Source: Macrostomum lignano
Lineage: Eukaryota
Assembly: GCA_002269645.1 (NCBI GenBank)
Contig: NIVC01000300.1
Span: 302,182 to 366,181, forward strand
Direction: 5' to 3'
Length of the DNA: 64,000 bases
This document shows, piece by piece, positions 60,393 to 64,000 of the stretch. The notes beneath the pieces were generated by a model. The model saw only the letters and a program-made list of their open reading frames with translations. It searched no databases and was not told the DNA's origin. Every line of letters begins with the position of its first letter. Within the stretch, counting starts at the first letter, position 1. The translations under genes were made by a program, and so were the position numbers.

Positions 60393-61385
60393 GTAACTTC
60401 GCATCTGGCACCTCGCGACTTTATCGATTTTTCCTACTCTGCATCTCCCGCCCCATCTGAGGATTCTGGGCCATGCAACTCCTGCTTCCTTTTTGCAACA
60501 AAAATAAGGATTCTGAGCACGGCAGCTCCCAGCACCCACTTCCCCACCAGAGCTTCCTCAACTCCTCTTTGCGTCTTTCAAATTGCTGGCGCTCTCAAAA
60601 TTTTTTCTTCCAGATGTAGTGTCGCTGCCGGGTCTCCACCCCCCGCTTAACACGCCGCAGCTTTAAAAATGGGCAGGGGAGCTGCTCTGGGGATCTGGGG
60701 AATTGATGATGCTGATGACAATGCGCCATGAAATTTCTGCTCATTGTGTCACTCCCGCTGGGCGGGGACTCTGGGAGGAAAGAGTCTGCTTTTAGTAGAG
60801 AGAACAAGAGTCTGCATGCAGCGCCTCATCAGCATCGACTTGTATTTCAAACTGGCTTGGCCGCTTCCCAGATCGGCTTCCAAGTCCCGCGAGTCCCCGA
60901 GTCCCCTCTGAGCAGTTCTCTGTGAGCAGAAAACTTGGCAAATTGACTGACCACCGGCAACCACTTACAGGGAATTTAGGATTGCCAAATTTTACTGGCT
61001 TTTCATGGCAGCCCGCGCGTGTAAAAGCAGAAACTGAGGCCAAGCTTTTGTTTTCGAGGTCAAAGTTGCTCCCGCAATGCTGCATTGTATTTGCTACAGC
61101 AGCTGTTAACACGTTATTACTATACACTGTATGCTCATAGTTTACTAATTGAATTGGCTATGCGGGTATTCATAATCATAACTGCCGCAGTAATTATTCA
61201 GCTATCAGTGACGACCGACTCTCAGAGTTCCGTAGACTGCAGGATTTCGGGTTGCCAGGGCTGCGTTTGCCTCTCCCATTGCTGGAGCAGTTTCGGTGTA
61301 CATGCATTATTAATCTGATTTATGTGTCACATTGTGGGAGTATGTTTCTTACTCAGCTTTGTATGCTTATAAACTTATAATAGTG

Positions 61386-61730
<345 letters not shown>

Positions 61731-62689
61731 GTTTTATTGATCAAAACTTTCTCTCAGCAGTGGCAGAAACCTCAGAAAGGGATTCTCCAAGAGCCCAGTC
61801 GCGTTCGCAATGACAGTTAAGAGTCAAAGTGACAGACAGACGCAGCAGTTCTCTACAAATGCTCAGCGCGCAGCTCAGCTGCAGGGGAAGAAATTCTCAC
61901 ACCCGCCCCCAGTGACTTTCCCTGTCTGTTGGAAGGGTGGGGAAGACAGCTGGAGCCGGCAGTTTTGAGTGCCCCGGACCCCGGCAACAGCGCCGCCTCC
62001 CCAGCCCTGCACTCTCCCTAATTCTCTCCCTGACCCCCACACGCTGGCAGTCCGGAGCGGAGCTGCACTTGGAGACCATTAGCTGAGCACGAGGGTAAAA
62101 TATGAGTAATTGTAACCTCACCTCTGTCTCTGCACTCTCTAACTCTGAGCTGTTGTGGGGCAGAGGCCAGGGGGCTTTGCATGAAACAAAAAAGTGAGTA
62201 TTTGGTGCTCAGAATTTGTAGGCAGCTCATTCTGTCCCGCCTCCCCGCTGCTTAGGTGAGTGACAGCTCACGTGGGTTTCTGTATTGCCAGCACAGTGTG
62301 TGAGGCTGTCTGTCTGTCTGCAGTTTTCTAAAATATCTCTCAGGAGCAGACAATGAGAACGGGAGGCAATTAAATTGCATTAATAATGTAGCTACCAGTC
62401 CTGCAAGGGGGTCGAGCTGTTGAGAGGAGTGTGCTGTGTTCTCGGAATCTTGAAAATTGCCTAATTGAGTTGAGAATTGAATAACCCGAGACCACTGCTG
62501 TCCATGCAGATGAGGAGCGGTTAAGCTGCTTGAGAAACTCCTTCAGTTCTGAGTTGTCAGTTCTCAGACACTGTCAATTCAGTAGTCTGCATTTCAGTGC
62601 AAGATGCCAAAACAGCTGCCTATTAACGGGCTTGAGTTGGTGTTGAGTCTGTTCTATTTTAAATAATCTGCTCACATAGGCACCCCCGA

Positions 62690-63125
62690 ATATTCAGCGG
62701 GTCCCTTTCACCCTCCCCTGACATTCAGCGGGTCCCTTTCACCCTCCCCTGACATTCAGAGGGTCCCTTTCACCCTCCCCTGATTATTCAGCGGGTCCCT
62801 TTCACCTTCCCCTGACATTCAGAGGGTCCCTTTCACCCTCCCCTGACATTCAGCGGGTCCCTTTCACCTCCCCTGACATTCAGAGGGTCCCTTTCACCCT
62901 CCCTAACATTCAGAGGGTCCCTTTCACCCTCCCCTGACATTCAGCGGGTCCCTTTCACCCTCCCCTGACATTCAGAGGGTCCCTTTCACCCTCCCCTGAC
63001 ATTCAGCGGGTCCATTTCACCCTCCCCTGACATTCAGAGGGTCCCTTTCACCCTCCCCTGACATTTAGAGGGTCTCTTTCACCCTCCCCTGACATTCAGC
63101 GGGTCCCTTTCACCCTCCCCTGACT
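62690..63125 (+). repeat. 31-bp minisatellite (GACATTCAGMGGGTCCCTTTCACCCTCCCCT)n
   Basis: About 14 units. Confidence 0.93.
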
Positions 63126-64000
63126 CTCGAGTCTCCAGAGAGCGGCAGCAAGCCCGCGACCATAAAAAGTTGGGCAAGATTTTGACAAAGGCCTCCACAC
63201 GGTCAGACAGAAACTGAAGGCTTCTTTCCCGCAAATAATACTGGAGAAAAGAGTGTTCAGGAAAGAGCCGGCAACCCCTCGATCTCTTCTTCTGAGAAGG
63301 AAAAGTGAAAGAGAAAATGGCCTCGCAGCCAGCTTGCCTTGAGAACCCCCTCTTCTCCTTAAGCCCCATTCTCCCCTCTTCCTGTTCCTAACCATATTTT
63401 TATAAAAAATCCCCATTTTTACCTTCCTGTAAACTTTTTCTCCGCTCACGTTAATGTTGGGCATTTTTCATACTTCCCTACTGTGTCAGAGTTGAGGAAA
63501 GGTGTCCGTAGTCGGCAAGGCAGGCGGTTTTGCATAGAAAAATCCCCAATCAATAGGCAATACAATGCGGCTATCCGCTATTGTCTCTGCGGAGCCGGAA
63601 AAGTCATTCTTCTATAAATATTCTTCCCTGGCACTCTGACTTCCCGTTTTTCGCTTCAACTCGTCAGGAAACTCCACACCTGAGAGGCAGTTCTGCTCGC
63701 ATCTAAAGCTCCAGGTGTCCCTTTGACAAGTTCAGGGCCTAGAAATCTGTTAGTTAGTTAATTAATCGTGTTAACTTATACTTGCTGAGATTCAACTATT
63801 CAAGCGTTATGGTATTTGAGCAATGAAAACAGCCATCAGGGCCAACCTGTGAGCGAGTGTTTGAGGGCGTGCCTGCGGGAAGGGGCAGAACTGTCTCAGC
63901 GTTTGGTGTTGTGAGACAATGTTGCCGAAGTCCTGCAGTCATTATTAATATTATTATTAGCTAGAATGACAACAGTTCGGCTTTGAAAACCGATGATTGT

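Overview
This is metazoan genomic DNA, not prokaryotic: GC-rich exons with GT-AG introns sit among about 45 separate micro- and minisatellite arrays. That style suggests the flatworm Macrostomum lignano, but this is an inference and was not verified. I reconstructed four minus-strand genes by hand from splice sites and reading-frame phase. (1) An Ig-superfamily Dpr/DIP/IgLON-like cell-surface gene has 4 exons at 652-11296, with both ends unresolved. (2) A complete single-pass membrane protein of about 608 aa has degenerate cadherin-like repeats and two EGF domains (6 exons, 23502-30782). (3) A small orphan gene carries a QW-like alpha/alpha-toroid motif (31439-32408). (4) An anoctamin/TMEM16 of about 936 aa has 7 coding exons (34605-47023), with a tRNA-Lys(CTT) inside its last intron. 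A plus-strand CCAAT/GC/TATA/Inr promoter and a probable first coding exon (about 54.5-54.7 kb) start a divergent gene that seems to run past the window. A 975-bp solo LTR (TG..CA ends, 4-bp TSD) is inserted in an intronic minisatellite. Most long ORFs in the supplied track are tandem-repeat artefacts or antisense shadows of GC-rich exons. I found no CRISPR array, operon or other clearly new multi-gene system. The best leads are the unusual cadherin-EGF receptor, the orphan gene, TM6 substitutions in the anoctamin, and the intron-by-intron minisatellite architecture.
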